Source of the DNA: Octopus sinensis
Lineage: Eukaryota
Direction: 5' to 3'
Assembly: GCF_006345805.1 (NCBI RefSeq)
Contig: NC_043020.1
Coordinates: forward strand, 4,898,001 to 4,962,000
DNA length: 64,000 bases
Shown here piece after piece: positions 41,919 to 55,539 of the stretch (the first letter of the stretch is position 1; the number at the start of each line of letters is the position of its first letter). A model generated the notes under the pieces. It worked only from the letters and a program-made list of their open reading frames with translations, did no database searches and had not been told where the DNA came from. The position numbers and the translations under genes were made by a program.

Positions 41919-42170
41919 TATATGAACACAATGAAATGCGTGCATATACATACACATACGTATACACTCATATACACACACGTAAGCCCAATTATAGACA
42001 CTTCAGCCGTGGCTGTGTGGTAAGAAGCTTGCTTCTCAACCACATGGTTCTGGGGTCTGTCCCACTGCATGTCACCTGGGGCAGGAGTCGTCCACAGTAG
42101 TTTCGGGCCACCAAAGCCTTGTGAGGGATTTGGTAAACGGAAACTGAAAGAATCCCGTTACATGTATATA

Positions 42171-43280
42171 TTCGGTTATTCCATAAATAATGCAGCTTTT
42201 TATACTTCTTTTATTTTCAAAATGAAGATGAACAAACTTCTTTTTTGATCTAAAATAAACTCTCCTTCATTTTCTACAATGCTCTTCTATCTATCTTGTA
42301 GACTTGGAAGGCCCCTCTTCCAAAATTCATTTATCCGTGACGAAAAATATTGTTCAGATCTCGTCTACAGAATTCATATTTTTTCCATCCATCCAAATCA
42401 TTTTGAAAACTACGGAATAAATGATAATCAGATGGGGCAATGTCCGGCGAATATGGTGGGTGGGGTATCGTTTCCCATTCAAACTGCTGCAGCCTTTGGA
42501 ATGTCATCCTCGATGTATGTGGCATTAATCCTGATGGAAGGACACCTTCCGTCTTCAAGCCAAAGATGGTCGTTTTTCTTCTAGCGCTGACTTGAGCCGC
42601 CCAAGCCGCTCGGAGTAGACTTCCTTTGTTATCGGCTGGTTAGTGTTTAAAAGTCTATCGTGGATATTTGTATAGAACCCATTTCTCGTCACCAGTCAAT
42701 ATTCGATCCAAAAAAGGTTCATTCGGGAGACGTGACAGCAAAGAAGAACACACATTCACTGTCAGCGCGGGTTTAGACTCGGAATGTTTGTGAGGAATCC
42801 ATTGACTCAATTTGATGACTTTCTCGATGGCACACAGGTGTCGATAAATGGTTGAATGACCAAATTCAAGCTTCTCTGTTAGTTCTTCAACAGTTACGAT
42901 GGGATTTCATTCCACCTGGACTTGCAGGACGTCCTCGTCGAGCTCTACAGATCTTCAGGGCCGAAGCACGTCTTCTAGGCGCTTATTGTCCAATCCCCAT
43001 ATACTGCATCAGTATTCCTTGCGCTTTCCATTGCATTGTTGCCTTTATTGAACTCATAAAGCAAAATATGCCGAATATGTTCCTTTGTCACTCCCATAAC
43101 AGCTTTGAAAAAATAACTGTTAAAATCGAACTGCACTCTTCAAAACTTGCACTAAGAATAAGTACAAGGTAAAATTACTACCTGCTTTTATAACAAGTTG
43201 ATACAGGTAGTTTATCCCGTCCCCCTCCGAATTTTAGTTTATGCAATTGTAAAAATCGCATTATTTATGGGATGACCAAA
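42171..43280 (-). mobile_element. Decayed mariner (DD34D-type) transposon
   Basis: WETIPHPPYSPDIAPSDYHLFRS motif; imperfect TIRs ttcggttattccataaataatgc / gcattatttatgggatgaccaaa; preceded by TA. Confidence 0.9.
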
Positions 43281-43688
43281 CACACACACACACACCACAC
43301 ACACACACACATATGCACACGCACACACACGTATGTATGTATTTATGTACGTATGTATGTAATGAGTTTTGTGTTTATATTTGTCCACCACTACTTTTTT
43401 CTAAACCGGTACTGATGTGCTCATGTTCCTGTAACTTAGCGGTTTGGCAAAAGAAATTGATAGAATAAGAACCAGGCTTTAAAAAATAATACTGAGGCCG
43501 AGTCATTCGACTAAAAATTCTTCAAGGTAGTACCACAGCATGGCCGCAGTTTAATGAGTGAAACAACTAAAGGATAAGTGTGTATGTGTGTGTGTGTGTA
43601 TACGTGTATCTTTGGTCTTTAAACAATCCCAATAGACAACGTAATAGCTATTGCTAAATATAAACATACAAATATATATGTTGTATAT

Positions 43689-43750
<62 letters not shown>

Positions 43751-44964
43751 CTGTGGTGTGTGTGTGTGTGTGTGTGTGTGTATATTGTATATATATATAT
43801 ATATCGATATATAGGTTTATATGTTTAATATATGACGTTACATATCATGTGCGCATATCAAGAAGCCGTAGCTGCTAATACCGAGGAAGCCCACAAATCG
43901 CTTAATGCAGCAACGACAATTAACTTCAGCAACCACGATCGGCTTTCGGTAACACGCGTATGCTATACATCGAAAGACGATTAACCCTCAGGATTTGACC
44001 GGTGGCGTCCATAAAATAGAAACCGGCGCATTAATTACAAAATGTTCAACGCAATCATCTAGTCACTTGGACTCACAAAATAGCACTGTATGTTCATTTA
44101 CAAAATATTAAATATGCAAAAGTATGACATTTTCGGGTCTTCAATGTCATATGTGTAAAACACACAGAAGAAAGGTTTATATTATGTGCGCGCGCGCGAG
44201 TAGGGTTTCTGAAGTGGTATACAGATATTGTATACTGAGAAAAAGGAGTCAGTCAGAGTTTTGGGTAAAGCTTTAATAGTGCTTTCGTTCGTTTTTCAAA
44301 CTAGTCAAGTTAACATCAAAATCAAAATGGTAAAAACAGAACATTTCGTTGTTCATTTATTTGGCTCGGATGTTCGTTGGTTTTGTTTATAAGACGAGGA
44401 TATTTTTTTAGTCCTTTTTTTGAAAAAGTGGGGAGAGAGAAAGAAAAGCAAAGAGGAGAGAAATAAATAGAGAGGCTTTAGGACAATCAAGAAAGATGAA
44501 AAAAAAATAAAGGATGGGGAAATGATAGATAGATAAATAGAGAGAGGGAGAGAGGTTTCGTTTCAATTTGATGTGGTCAAGTCAATGAAATTTCATTACA
44601 AGGCATTTTTCTTTTTTCTTCTTTCTTTTTTTCTTTCTATTGGATGCCTATCAACGTATTTGTAAATAAACATATTTTCTAACAAGGGTTTGTGACCTTT
44701 CAAAAATGTCAATATTAGGAAGTAGGATGGAAGGAACTAGAAAAATGGAAGGGTGCGGCCATCAATGAAAACTAAAAAAAGTTCAAAGTTCAAAGTCCTT
44801 TGAAAATTTATATTCATTTACGCTTGTATAGACATGTCCCATATTCTGTGTAATTCTAAGTTTTGCACGAACAGACATTAAATATTAGTAAAATGTTCAG
44901 AAATTAGGAAAATAAAGTTAGAATATCAAAAAAATAATTTGGTACTGTTTATAATTCAGTCTAT

Positions 44965-45378
44965 GGATCTTTTCGGTTTGAACGGCAGTTTTTAACAATT
45001 TCTAGGTAACTAAAATATTTTAAACTTCGTATACTGATAGAATGTGTTTATAAACATCTTTTTCTCTTGGCTTTATTGAGAAAATTCTATAGTTTGTAAG
45101 ATATTTGTTGTTGTTTTTTCTTCAGTTTCTGCAATTTCAATCAATCACTGACGTCTATTGAGGTAAAAAAAACATTCTGTGGCGTATGAATATGTCCCTC
45201 GTTTAAGAAACAGATTTGGTTTATTTACATTTGTGAAGAAAAAAGTTACCCTTCTCCCACCCTAACCCTAACCCTAAAACTGAATCAAATGCAATAGATC
45301 GATACTATGGTCATAATTATGGGTGACAATTTCATATGACACCTCTAGAAAAAACTGCCGTTCAAACCGAAAAGATCC
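44965..45378. mobile_element. MITE with GG-initiated TIRs and 8-bp TSD (Merlin-like)
   Basis: TIR ggatcttttcggtttgaacggcagtttt; perfect TSD cagtctat (44957-44964 and 45379-45386); internal (CCCTAA)n. Confidence 0.85.
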
Positions 45379-45916
45379 CAGTCTATTCTCCATGTACATT
45401 TAATCAAACCTCATAAATGAGTTTTGCACGTATATTGTATATTTAGATGGAAGCCACTCTGTATAATATAAATTATATAATAAAGCAGGGCCTGCTTAAA
45501 TATATTTTTAAGTATCTTTCATCCTTTTGTAGCACTTATTTTCTTTTTCCTGCTTGCTTGGACAAGAGAATTCAAAAGAGACCTTTTGCACGAATTACTT
45601 CGCCGAGTAGCTACATTAGATATCTTTCCAAATCACTGGTAAAATGGTTGCCAAAACCTCAATGTTATATATATATATAAAACTTATTTATGAGGTTTGA
45701 TTAAATGTACATGGAGAATAGACTGGGATCTTTTCGGTTTGAACGGCAGTTTTTTCTAGAGGTGTCATATGAAATTGTCACCCATAATTTTCCTTTGCCT
45801 GCTTGCTTGGACAAGAGAATTCAAAAGAGACCTTTTGCACGAATTACTTCGCCGAGTAGCTACATTAGATATCTTTCCAAATCATTGGTAAAATCTTGCA
45901 CAACAAATATTTAAAC

Positions 45917-46000
<84 letters not shown>

Positions 46001-46186
46001 AGTTCAATTTGAAAAATCCACCAGAATGGACGAAAGCGCAAAAATATGATATATGATATAAGTTATATGATGTATAAAAACATGTAATATGCAAATAAAT
46101 ATCTGTAAATATAATACCATCCGAATATCTGAGTACCTCACTTCTTCTAATATAAATACCTGTACATCATCTCCAAACCTTCTAAT

Positions 46187-46218
<32 letters not shown>

Positions 46219-46552
46219 CAGGATGCGTAAAGTATTTGAGGACATATCTTTTTTTGGGTCATTGCTGCAATTTTGGCTAACTATGTATGATCTTTGTATC
46301 AGAAAATAATAATGGCAGACCCTCAGCTTACTCGAGAAATGAAGAGGCATACTGTTATTGTGGTTATAAAGGCTAAGCATAGTGATTTAGAAATATCTCG
46401 ATTTTTTAAAATTGCCAGATCTTTCGTCTAGAAAGTCTGTAAGGTGCTAGAGACTGAAGATGGAAACGTATTACCAGTATCGAAGCATAAAAAGCATTCT
46501 AAGCGCTCTGAAATCATCAGAACATCTGAATTTATGCAGAGAGTTCAACAGA
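46219..46552 (+). mobile_element. 5' fragment of a Tc1/mariner-superfamily transposon
   Basis: Follows TA; translates MKRHTVIVVIKAKHSDLEISRFLKIARSFV*KV...RSEIIRTSEFMQRVQ, an HTH-like N-terminus. Confidence 0.55.
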
Positions 46553-46744
46553 CTACTACTACTACTACTACTACTACTGTAAGTTTGAGTATGCGTGCAT
46601 GTGTGGGTGCGTGTAAGTGTATGTACAAACTTATGTATGTATATTTAAATACTGTGTATGTATGCATATATATATATATGTATGTCTGCGAGTATGCGCG
46701 TATTTATACGCATATACACACACATGTGTGTATACGTATGTATG

Positions 46745-46783
<39 letters not shown>

Positions 46784-47727
46784 TTGTATGTACATACACA
46801 TATATGAATGTATCTGTGTATAATTGAATATATACATTTGTACCACATTCATAGTACATGAGTGGACATATATATGTTCAATTATACACAGATACATTCA
46901 TATATGTGTATGTACATATATACACACACACACATATATATATATACATACATACGTATACACACATGTATATGTGTGTATATGAGTATAAATACGCGAA
47001 TACTCGCAGACATACACACACACACATATATATATATATATGTGTATATGTGTCTCTATACTTCTATGTGTATGTATGTGTAATGCTGTATGTCTGTATA
47101 TAACCTGATCTCTAGTTTATGTAGTCTATATATTGTGCGTGTATATAATTTCACGTATACATATGTTAATCTGTGTGTGTGTGTGTGTATGTGTGTGTGG
47201 CGTGTGTGTGTGTGTGTGTGTGTGCTTGCATGTGTGTGCATGTGTGTATGTGTGTGTGTGTATACAAGCGAAACCGTAAACTATGCGTGTGTCGTCAATG
47301 GTTATTTGTTGTACGTGTGTGTGTGCGTGTGTGTGTGTGTATGTGTGCGTGTGTGTGTGTGTGTGTGCTTGCATGTGTGTGCATGTGTGTATGTGTGTGT
47401 GTGTGTGAACGTCTACGTGTTCCGAGTACAGCTATATATTTTTATATGCCAATATGAATGCTAATACAGAGTTAGTGAATATTTGTATGAATGTGTGCAT
47501 GTGTATGTATGTATGTATGTATGTATGTATGTATGTGTGCATGTGTATATGTACGTTTTTTTTGTGTGTGGGAGAGAGGGACCAGCAAGACATCGACAAG
47601 TTAACCGGAAGTTTGGTTGCGGAAGCTTTCTCGCAGTTAAGTTCATCTTTCATTGTTCTCCGCCATCTTGCGCAAATGTAGCACCATCGCCGTCACATTC
47701 ACTCCTAAGTGATATTGCTCTTGAACT

Positions 47728-47780
<53 letters not shown>

Positions 47781-47921
47781 TTGTTATTATTGTTATCATC
47801 ATTGCTATTTATTGCCATTATTGTTGACTTTAACTGATATATTGTTGTCGTTGTTATTGCTACTATGAGCTTTATCATATTTTTTGCTGTCATTCTGTAG
47901 TTCCTCCTATTAATGGTTCTT

Positions 47922-47952
<31 letters not shown>

Positions 47953-47979
47953 TTATTATTATTATTATTATTATTATAA

Positions 47980-48037
<58 letters not shown>

Positions 48038-48050
48038 TTCATTATTATTA

Positions 48051-48250
48051 TCCAGTAGTTTTATTTTTATAACGCGCTTTCACTTCACTACCGAGCGCAG
48101 CTCTGTGTGCCTTGGGTATGTGCTGTGATTTGTTGTGATGCTCTGATGGTTACTGAATTGAAAGTGTTCCGCGTAGGATGTGTGCAGTGCCTGGTAGTGC
48201 AATTTTCCGTATGTTATATATATTTGTAAGTATTATGTATTTGTCTGTGT
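48051..48250 (-). mobile_element. 3' end of a second R4/Dong-clade family inside (TAA)n
   Basis: TNIYNIRKIALPGTAHILRGTLSIQ* plus a short 3' UTR running into (ATA)n. Confidence 0.8.
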
Positions 48251-48255
48251 TGTTG

Positions 48256-48286
<31 letters not shown>

Positions 48287-48338
48287 ATTATTATTATTAT
48301 TATTATATTATTATTATATTATAATTATCATATCATTA

Positions 48339-48412
<74 letters not shown>

Positions 48413-48699
48413 GCCGTCATCAATGACATCCTTATCAACATCATTATCATCATCATCATCATCATCCTCATCATCATCATTTTAGACAGCTAACTGGCAA
48501 ATCTGTGTTGAAATTTCGCCATTTTCAACTTTACCTGTCGTCCTTTCAAGGTCGATAAGATAAGTAGCTGTTGATAAAAAGAACAGCCAGTTATCCGCTA
48601 AAAAGAAGAGCCGCATGGTAAAAGCCAGTGACAGCGGCAGCAACGGTGACTACAGCAGCAACTCCAAAAAGAACAATACAGCATATGAAAAGTTTTTTA

Positions 48700-49555
48700 G
48701 GTTTAGTAATGGAGCAGCGATAGAAAAAAAAAACTAGATTAGAGGGTGAGCTAGTTAGAAAGTTAGAAAAAGCCTTTTACAAAAGGCAGCGCAACTGATG
48801 CGCTTGCGGCGATATTGATTCTAGACCAATTCTTCAACGCAATGCACGAAGGCTACGTTGTCAGAACTAGGGCGCGTACTCTTAAACTAGAGGGGACGAA
48901 AGCTGTTCGATGGGCGAGAGTGGCAGAGGCGCGTCGTGGCAACAAAGCCACAATCTGGTCTTTGGCGGACCAAACGACGGACGCGTTACTCGATACAAAG
49001 TAGATGTGTCCGGCTTTTCAGCGACATTTCGCTCAACTTTTTGGAGACGGCGGTGGGCCAGATCATGTGATGGACTTTAGTATCTACCTGCCAAGGGTTT
49101 TGACCACGGTAGTGGAGTGTTGCGAAAGGCCGGTAACAGCCGCTGAAATACAGGAGGCGATGACTGATGGCGCAAGAGCCAAATCGCCTAGTTTGGATGG
49201 TTTTCCCTACGAGCTTTACATTTACATGCCAGACTGGTTGGGTGACTCTTTGACAGACACCTACTGCAACTGACAGCAGAACGGGAGAATTGCCAGTATT
49301 GTGAGCCTTGGGGCCGTAATGTTGATGAGAAAGTACCTGAATAAAAGCGACCATATTGATAATTTTAGGCCAATATGTTTACTAAATGCGGAGTTTAAGG
49401 TTTTGGCCAAAGTATTGACAAAAAGGGTGGCGCTTCTCATCGGCGGTTTAGTGAAGGAAGCACAGACACGCGCCACCCCAAATAGATCCATCCACAACAA
49501 CCTCCACCTCATACGATACCTCGTAGAGAGGGCGGCCAAGGAACTGGCACGGGTA
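48700..49555 (+). mobile_element. L1/Tx1-like reverse transcriptase fragment
   Basis: KSPSLDGFPYELY and DNFRPICLLNAEFKVLAKVL motifs, with stops. Confidence 0.82.
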
Positions 49556-49667
49556 CAATTCGCCTTTCATCTTTTTTTAGTTTCGATAAAATAAGTACCA
49601 GTTGCGTACTGGGGTCGAATGAATCCACTATACACCCTCCCTTCAAAACTAACGTTGTTGTTTCTGT

Positions 49668-49727
<60 letters not shown>

Positions 49728-50301
49728 TACATATTTTATTTATTCATATGTTTATTTATATGTATTTAAAAAATTTTTTTTTTGCTATTTTCGTCTCTTC
49801 TCCACCGGAAGCAGCATTGCGGCAGTAAATGTTAGAGGATGAACATTCGTAAAAGTAATCGCTGCTTGATATAAAGCAAGACAGACGGAACGCCACCGCC
49901 ACCATCAACGAACAACAACAACAACGACGACGACGACAACTATAATAATGATAATAAAGGTAATAGGCATAAAAAAATACACAAAGACCAGCGGCAGGAA
50001 TAACAACAACAACAACAACAACAGCAACAATAACAGCTGATTATAAAAAGACTAAAAAATATCAACACAGGAAGTTGTGATAATGGGACAAACTAGAAAC
50101 AATGCAGTAGTGGCGGCGGCGGCGGCGGTAGTGGTGGTGGTGGTGGTGATGGTAGTGGTGCTGGTGGTGGTGGTGGTAGCGGTGGTGTTAGCGGTGGTGG
50201 TAGTGGTGGTGGTGGTGGTGGTGGTGGTGGTAGCGGTGGTAGCGGTGGGAGATGATGGGAGATGCTGCAGTTCGATTACACACATACACACACACATATA
50301 T

Positions 50302-50379
<78 letters not shown>

Positions 50380-51038
50380 ATGTATGTATGTTATATATAT
50401 ATATATATATATATATACATACATACGTATTCACACACATACACACTCACGCATATACATACATATATATACACAGACATATACGTGCATATTGATATAC
50501 ATACATTTATTCATGTGTGTGTGTCTGTGTGTAAGTATGTATGTCAGTATGTATATATGTATATATATGTGTAAGTATGTGTATGGTAAGAGCAAACTTC
50601 TTATCACACAGCTACGCCTGAACTTATATAATTTTGAGTTAAAAGCTGATAAAAATGTAGATATTATTTACGTCGCATACTTCATGTATATACTTTGTTT
50701 AAACATTTTCAGGCTGCGGTATTTCGTCCAGGGAAAGTCCCTTACGGCGAAGCGTTTGAAAAAACCCCAAAAAACCCAGTTACCCACAAACCAGGCAAAG
50801 CAAAGAGCTTTGCCCGGTAGGTGAGCAAGAAAAGTAGATATCGATATTTCGCTGTTGTTGCAGCTCGTCAATACCATATACTCGAGTCATTCCCCAAACG
50901 AATTCAAATCGTTGGTCTGAGGCATATATGCCCGAAACTTGATACACCAATCGAATGCCAGCTAGCTGTATGTGATTGGTCGGAGATTTGGACAGTACTC
51001 GCGTGTATGTGCGCACGCACGCAGCTGTATATGCATGC

Positions 51039-51079
51039 ACTAGCACTATGACCCGGCGTTGCCGCGTCATAGTGCTAGT
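51039..51079. mobile_element. Helitron/Helentron-like terminal palindrome
   Basis: actagcactatgac-ccggcgttgccgc-gtcatagtgctagt; related copy at 57320-57361. Confidence 0.45.
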
Positions 51080-51579
51080 CCTCTATAAATTTCTAAAGCG
51101 GAACATCCACTGATCCCAATGCCCGACTGGTAGAGGGTTGTGAGCGCCTGACCATATTCTAGGTGCCAGGCACTAAGTCTCGGTCTTTTCTTCACCCAAG
51201 ACTGCATCTCTAAAGGAGGCGAGCTGCAGAAAGACGATCCTCACAAACGGAGCTCACACACACACTCACCGTTCAGAAATCGTTGCAGGTGGCATAGCGT
51301 AAGAACGTGTCTCCGCATTAGGAGCCACGGCCTATTCGAATCCGCCACTCAGAGGATGCTGGCAACAACCGACCGCCTGACCATTGAAACGCGTCCCTCC
51401 CACAAGAATTCTAAATTTTCGGTATGTGGTGAAATAACTTTTTGCTAATCCCTTAATTATGTTTATAATCATAAAAGAACATTTGTATAAGATTTTACCG
51501 ATAATGGTTTTTTTTCCATACCGAAGCAACTTGGTAAAATTTATTAATTATTAAATTAATAATTCATTACCCTACATAC

Positions 51580-51625
<46 letters not shown>

Positions 51626-51626
51626 C

Positions 51627-51940
51627 ATAAAAAGGAAATGAAGAAAATGCTGACAAATAATTTAAGTAAGGGAGAGTGTATTTAATTAGGTGAAAGTTCT
51701 TTACCGGTGCGCATTTGTTATGCTTATCAAAAGATATATTTCTAAGAGAGATAGAGTTCCTTTCTGATAGATTTTTTCTCTTATCTGATAAATATATCAG
51801 AAAGGAACTCTATCTCTCTTAAAAATATATCTTTTGATAAGCATAACAAATGCGCAACCGGTAAAGAACTTTCATCTAACTAAATACACTCTCCCTTACT
51901 TAAATTATTTTGTCAGCATTTTCTTCATTTCCTTTTTTTA
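51627..51940. mobile_element. ~310-bp fold-back element in (TA)n, Penelope-type terminus
   Basis: ataaaaaggaaatgaagaaaatgctgac... and ...gtcagcattttcttcatttcctttt arms. Confidence 0.8.
51830..51867 (+). ncRNA. Candidate minimal hammerhead ribozyme, U3:A8 and A13C variant
   Basis: UCUU-UUGAUAA-GCAU(AACAA)AUGC-GCA-ACCGGU-A-AAGA; the mirror copy at 51698-51734 lacks one A. Confidence 0.5.
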
Positions 51941-52205
51941 TATATCACAACTCGTGCTCCACATTTCCTTTTTCAGATATATATATATATATATATAATC
52001 AACATAAGCAACAGGGATATCCAAGGTAGAGTAGTACAATTGTTTCATGCTACTTCATTTTATTAAACACTGTAAGCATTACATCAGTTTTAAAATGTCG
52101 AGCAATAGGGATAAGAATGTGCATTTGATTTATATGGATAATACCATACAAAATTCTGGTGCCTTTAACTTAAGTACCATATTCATCTGAATCTAAATTT
52201 TGCTG

Positions 52206-52245
<40 letters not shown>

Positions 52246-52333
52246 TGACGTGGCAGTCCGTCGGTTACACGACAGGGGTTCCAGTTGATCCAAACAACGG
52301 AACAGCCTGCTCGTGAAGTTAACGTGCAAGGGG

Positions 52334-52433
52334 NNNNNNNNNNNNNNNNNNNNNNNNNNNNNNNNNNNNNNNNNNNNNNNNNNNNNNNNNNNNNNNNNNN
52401 NNNNNNNNNNNNNNNNNNNNNNNNNNNNNNNNN
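52334..52433. other. Assembly gap (100 N)
   Basis: Visible; the round length suggests a gap of unknown size. Confidence 0.98.
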
Positions 52434-53469
52434 ACCTGCCCGATGGTGTGTGTGCTGAGTTTGCCTTTCTGCTTACTATAACTTTGATCTTTGCTATATT
52501 TACTCTAAGGCCCTTTGATTCTAACTCTTGTTTCCACACCCGAAATTTCTTTTCTAGTTCCGGTAGTGATTCTGCTATGAGAGTCAGGTCATCAGCATAA
52601 AGGAGCTCCCAGGGGAAACCTGTTTTGAATTCCTCTGTTATTGCCTGGAGGACTATGATGAATAAAAGGGGACTGACAGCTGAGCCTTGGTGTACACCTA
52701 CTTCTACCCGGAATTCTTAACTATATTCGTTGCCAATCCTAACCTTGCCGACAGCCTCTCTGTATAGGGCCTGTACAGCCCTTATTAGCCATTCATCAAT
52801 CTCCAGTTTCCGCATCGACCACCAGATAAGGGATCGGGGGACCCTGTCAAAGGCTTTCTCCAAGTCCACAAAAGCTATGTAGAGGGGTTTATCTTTAGCT
52901 AGGTATTTCTCCTGCAGTTGTCGGACCAGGAATATAGCATCAGTGGTGCTTCTACCCAGCACAAAACCGAACTGCATCTCATCTAAGCAAATTCTCTCCC
53001 TAATGAGATGGGCTATGACCCTCTCTGTGACCTTCATCACCTGGTCCAACAGTTTAATACCCCTGTAGTTATTTCTATCAAGAGCATCACCCTTACCCTT
53101 GTAGCAGTTGACTATGGTGCTGCTACGCCAGTCATTGGGTATGACTCCATTATGAACTACCTGGTTTACAATACGGGTGACTAGGCCGTAGCCCACATAA
53201 CCTGCTGTTTTAAGCCTCTCAGCAGTGATTCCCGATGGGCCGGGGGCTTTACCTGGTTTCATACCCTTAATTGCCTTAACTACAAGGGAGCTATCTATTT
53301 GGATAGCTGGTCCCTCTACTGGATCAACATTTGGCAGGCTCTCCTCCTCCCATTCATTCTCCACATTCAACAGTCTTTCATAATAGCTTCTCCAAGCCTC
53401 TTTCTTTTCACCAACATTAAAAGCAAGTGCCCCATCATCCATGCGGACACATTTCTCTCCTAGACACAT
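52434..53469 (-). mobile_element. RTE-clade LINE RT fragment
   Basis: 250-aa ORF with MKPGKAPGPSG, NYRGIKLL, QFGFVLGRSTTDAIF and AFVDLEKAFDRVP; continues in other frames to the gap. Confidence 0.92.
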
Positions 53470-53470
53470 T

Positions 53471-53740
<270 letters not shown>

Positions 53741-54112
53741 ATCTTCTTTTTCACTTGTTTCAGTTACAAGACTGCAGCCATGCTAGAGACTGTATCGAGG
53801 AATTTTTAGTCGAATGAATCGACCTTGGTACTTTTTTTTAAGCCAGCCTGATGCTTATTCTATCAGTTTCTTTTGCTAAACAGCTAAGTTATAGAGACGT
53901 AAACACATCAACACCAACAGTCAAGTGGTAGCACAGAGCAAACACAAAGCATGCACACACACACACACACATTTATATACAATGGGCTTCTTTCAGTTTC
54001 CATTCACCAAATCCACTCACAAGGCTTTGGTTGGCCTGAGGTTATAGTAGAAGACACTTGCCCAAGGTGTCATGCAGTGGGATTGAACATGGAATTATGC
54101 TGTTGGAAAGCA

Positions 54113-55368
54113 AATTAATTGAGCTATGACCTTTTCTGTGACTCTTATCACCCAGTCCAGCAATTTGATGCATCTGTAATTGTTTTTGTCTAAGGCATCA
54201 CCTTTGCCTTTGTAACACCTGACTACAGTGCTGCTAGATCAATCATCAGGTATGACGCCCTCATGGACAATCTCATTGTGGCTGTGTGGTAAGTAGCTTG
54301 CTAACCAACCACATGGTTCCGGGTTCAGTCCCACTGCGTGGCATCTTGGGCAAGTGTCTTCTACTATAGCCCCGAGCCGACCAATGCCTTGTGAGTGGAT
54401 TTGGTAGACGGAAACTGAAAGAAGCCTGTCGTATATATGTATATATATGTATATGTGTGTATGTGTGTGTGTTTGTGTGTTTGTGTGTGTATGTTTGTCC
54501 CCCTAGCATTGCTTGACAACTGATGCTGGTGTGTTTATGTCCCCATCACTTAGCGGTTCGGCAAAAGAGACCGATGGAATAAGTACTGGGCTTACATGGA
54601 ATAAGTCCCAGTGTCGATTTGCACGACTAAAGGCGGTGCTCCAGCATGGCCGCAGTCAAATGACTGAAACAAGTAAAAGAGTATATGAGTGACCAAGCTA
54701 ATATCCTACTCCACCAGATATTTTAAGTATCTCAGCAGTGATTCCTGATGGGCCGGGGGCTTTCTCTGTCTTCGTATCCTTAATTGCTTTATCTACTAGG
54801 CTACTGTCAATTTGAATACCTAGTTCCTCTGTTGGGTCAAGGTACAAGTAGGGGTCCACCAAGGATCAGTTACCAGCTCCCTCTTGTCCCATTCATTCTC
54901 CACATTTAGCAGCCTTTCATAAAGGTATTTCCAAGCCTCTTTCTTTGCAGAATCACTAAATGCAAGTGAACCATCATTCATGCAGACACATTTCTCTCCT
55001 AACTCATCAGGATTTTCTCACACACACTGTCTTGCAATCCAAAACACTTCAAGTCTCTGGTCCTCATGTCACAGAACATTGGCAAACTTCTTTTCTGCTA
55101 CTTCCCTGGATAAATGTACCTGCCTCCTAGCTTTCCTTCGGGCTATCTGATACAGTTCCCTGCTAACCCCACACTTCCAGGCCTGTCTCTTTGCTCTAAT
55201 GGCCTTGTCTACAGCATCATTCCACCTCCACATCACCCTCGGTCTGGATAGGACTTTGCACCAGCTTTGGTCAGTGGCACTCAGCAAGCTGTCCCGTAGG
55301 AATTCCCAGTTGCCCTCTATGTTATAGATTTGTAGTTCTCTCTCCTTCTTGTCAAACTTCTCAACTGC
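54113..55368 (-). mobile_element. RTE LINE fragment interrupted by SINE A (54278-54683)
   Basis: WNDAVDKAIRAKRQAWK, GEKCVCMNDGSL, YKGKGDALDKNNY and VIAQLI pieces. Confidence 0.85.
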
Positions 55369-55539
55369 CTGTAATTAAAAACTATGATTAAAACAAATTT
55401 TGAAAAGAAGCTGAAATTTTAGGATTTATGAGGCAGGGAGGGTGTTAAATAAAAAATGGGATCTTTTCAGTTTGAACGGCAGTTTTTTCTAGCAGTGTCA
55501 TATGAAATTGTCACCCATAATTATGACCCTAGTATGAAT

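Noticed and set aside
45260-45280. Telomere
   Set aside because: Only about three CCCTAA units, inside a MITE.
45998-46045. UUGAAAA-AUCCA/UGGAC-GAAAGCGCA hammerhead-like string
   Set aside because: It needs several corrections (10.1 pair, stem III, stem I); too degenerate.
82-50574. Most ORFs in the supplied track (poly-N, L, I, V, YI, CV, HT)
   Set aside because: They are stop-free readings of di-, tri- and tetranucleotide microsatellites, or recurring SINE translations such as RRASFSFRLPNPLTRLWSARGYS.
50912-50950. Hammerhead-like uuggu-CUGA-GGCA/UGCC-CGAAAC...accaa
   Set aside because: The core is 3 nt short, the stem III and cleavage site do not fit, and it lies in probable Helitron-like sequence.
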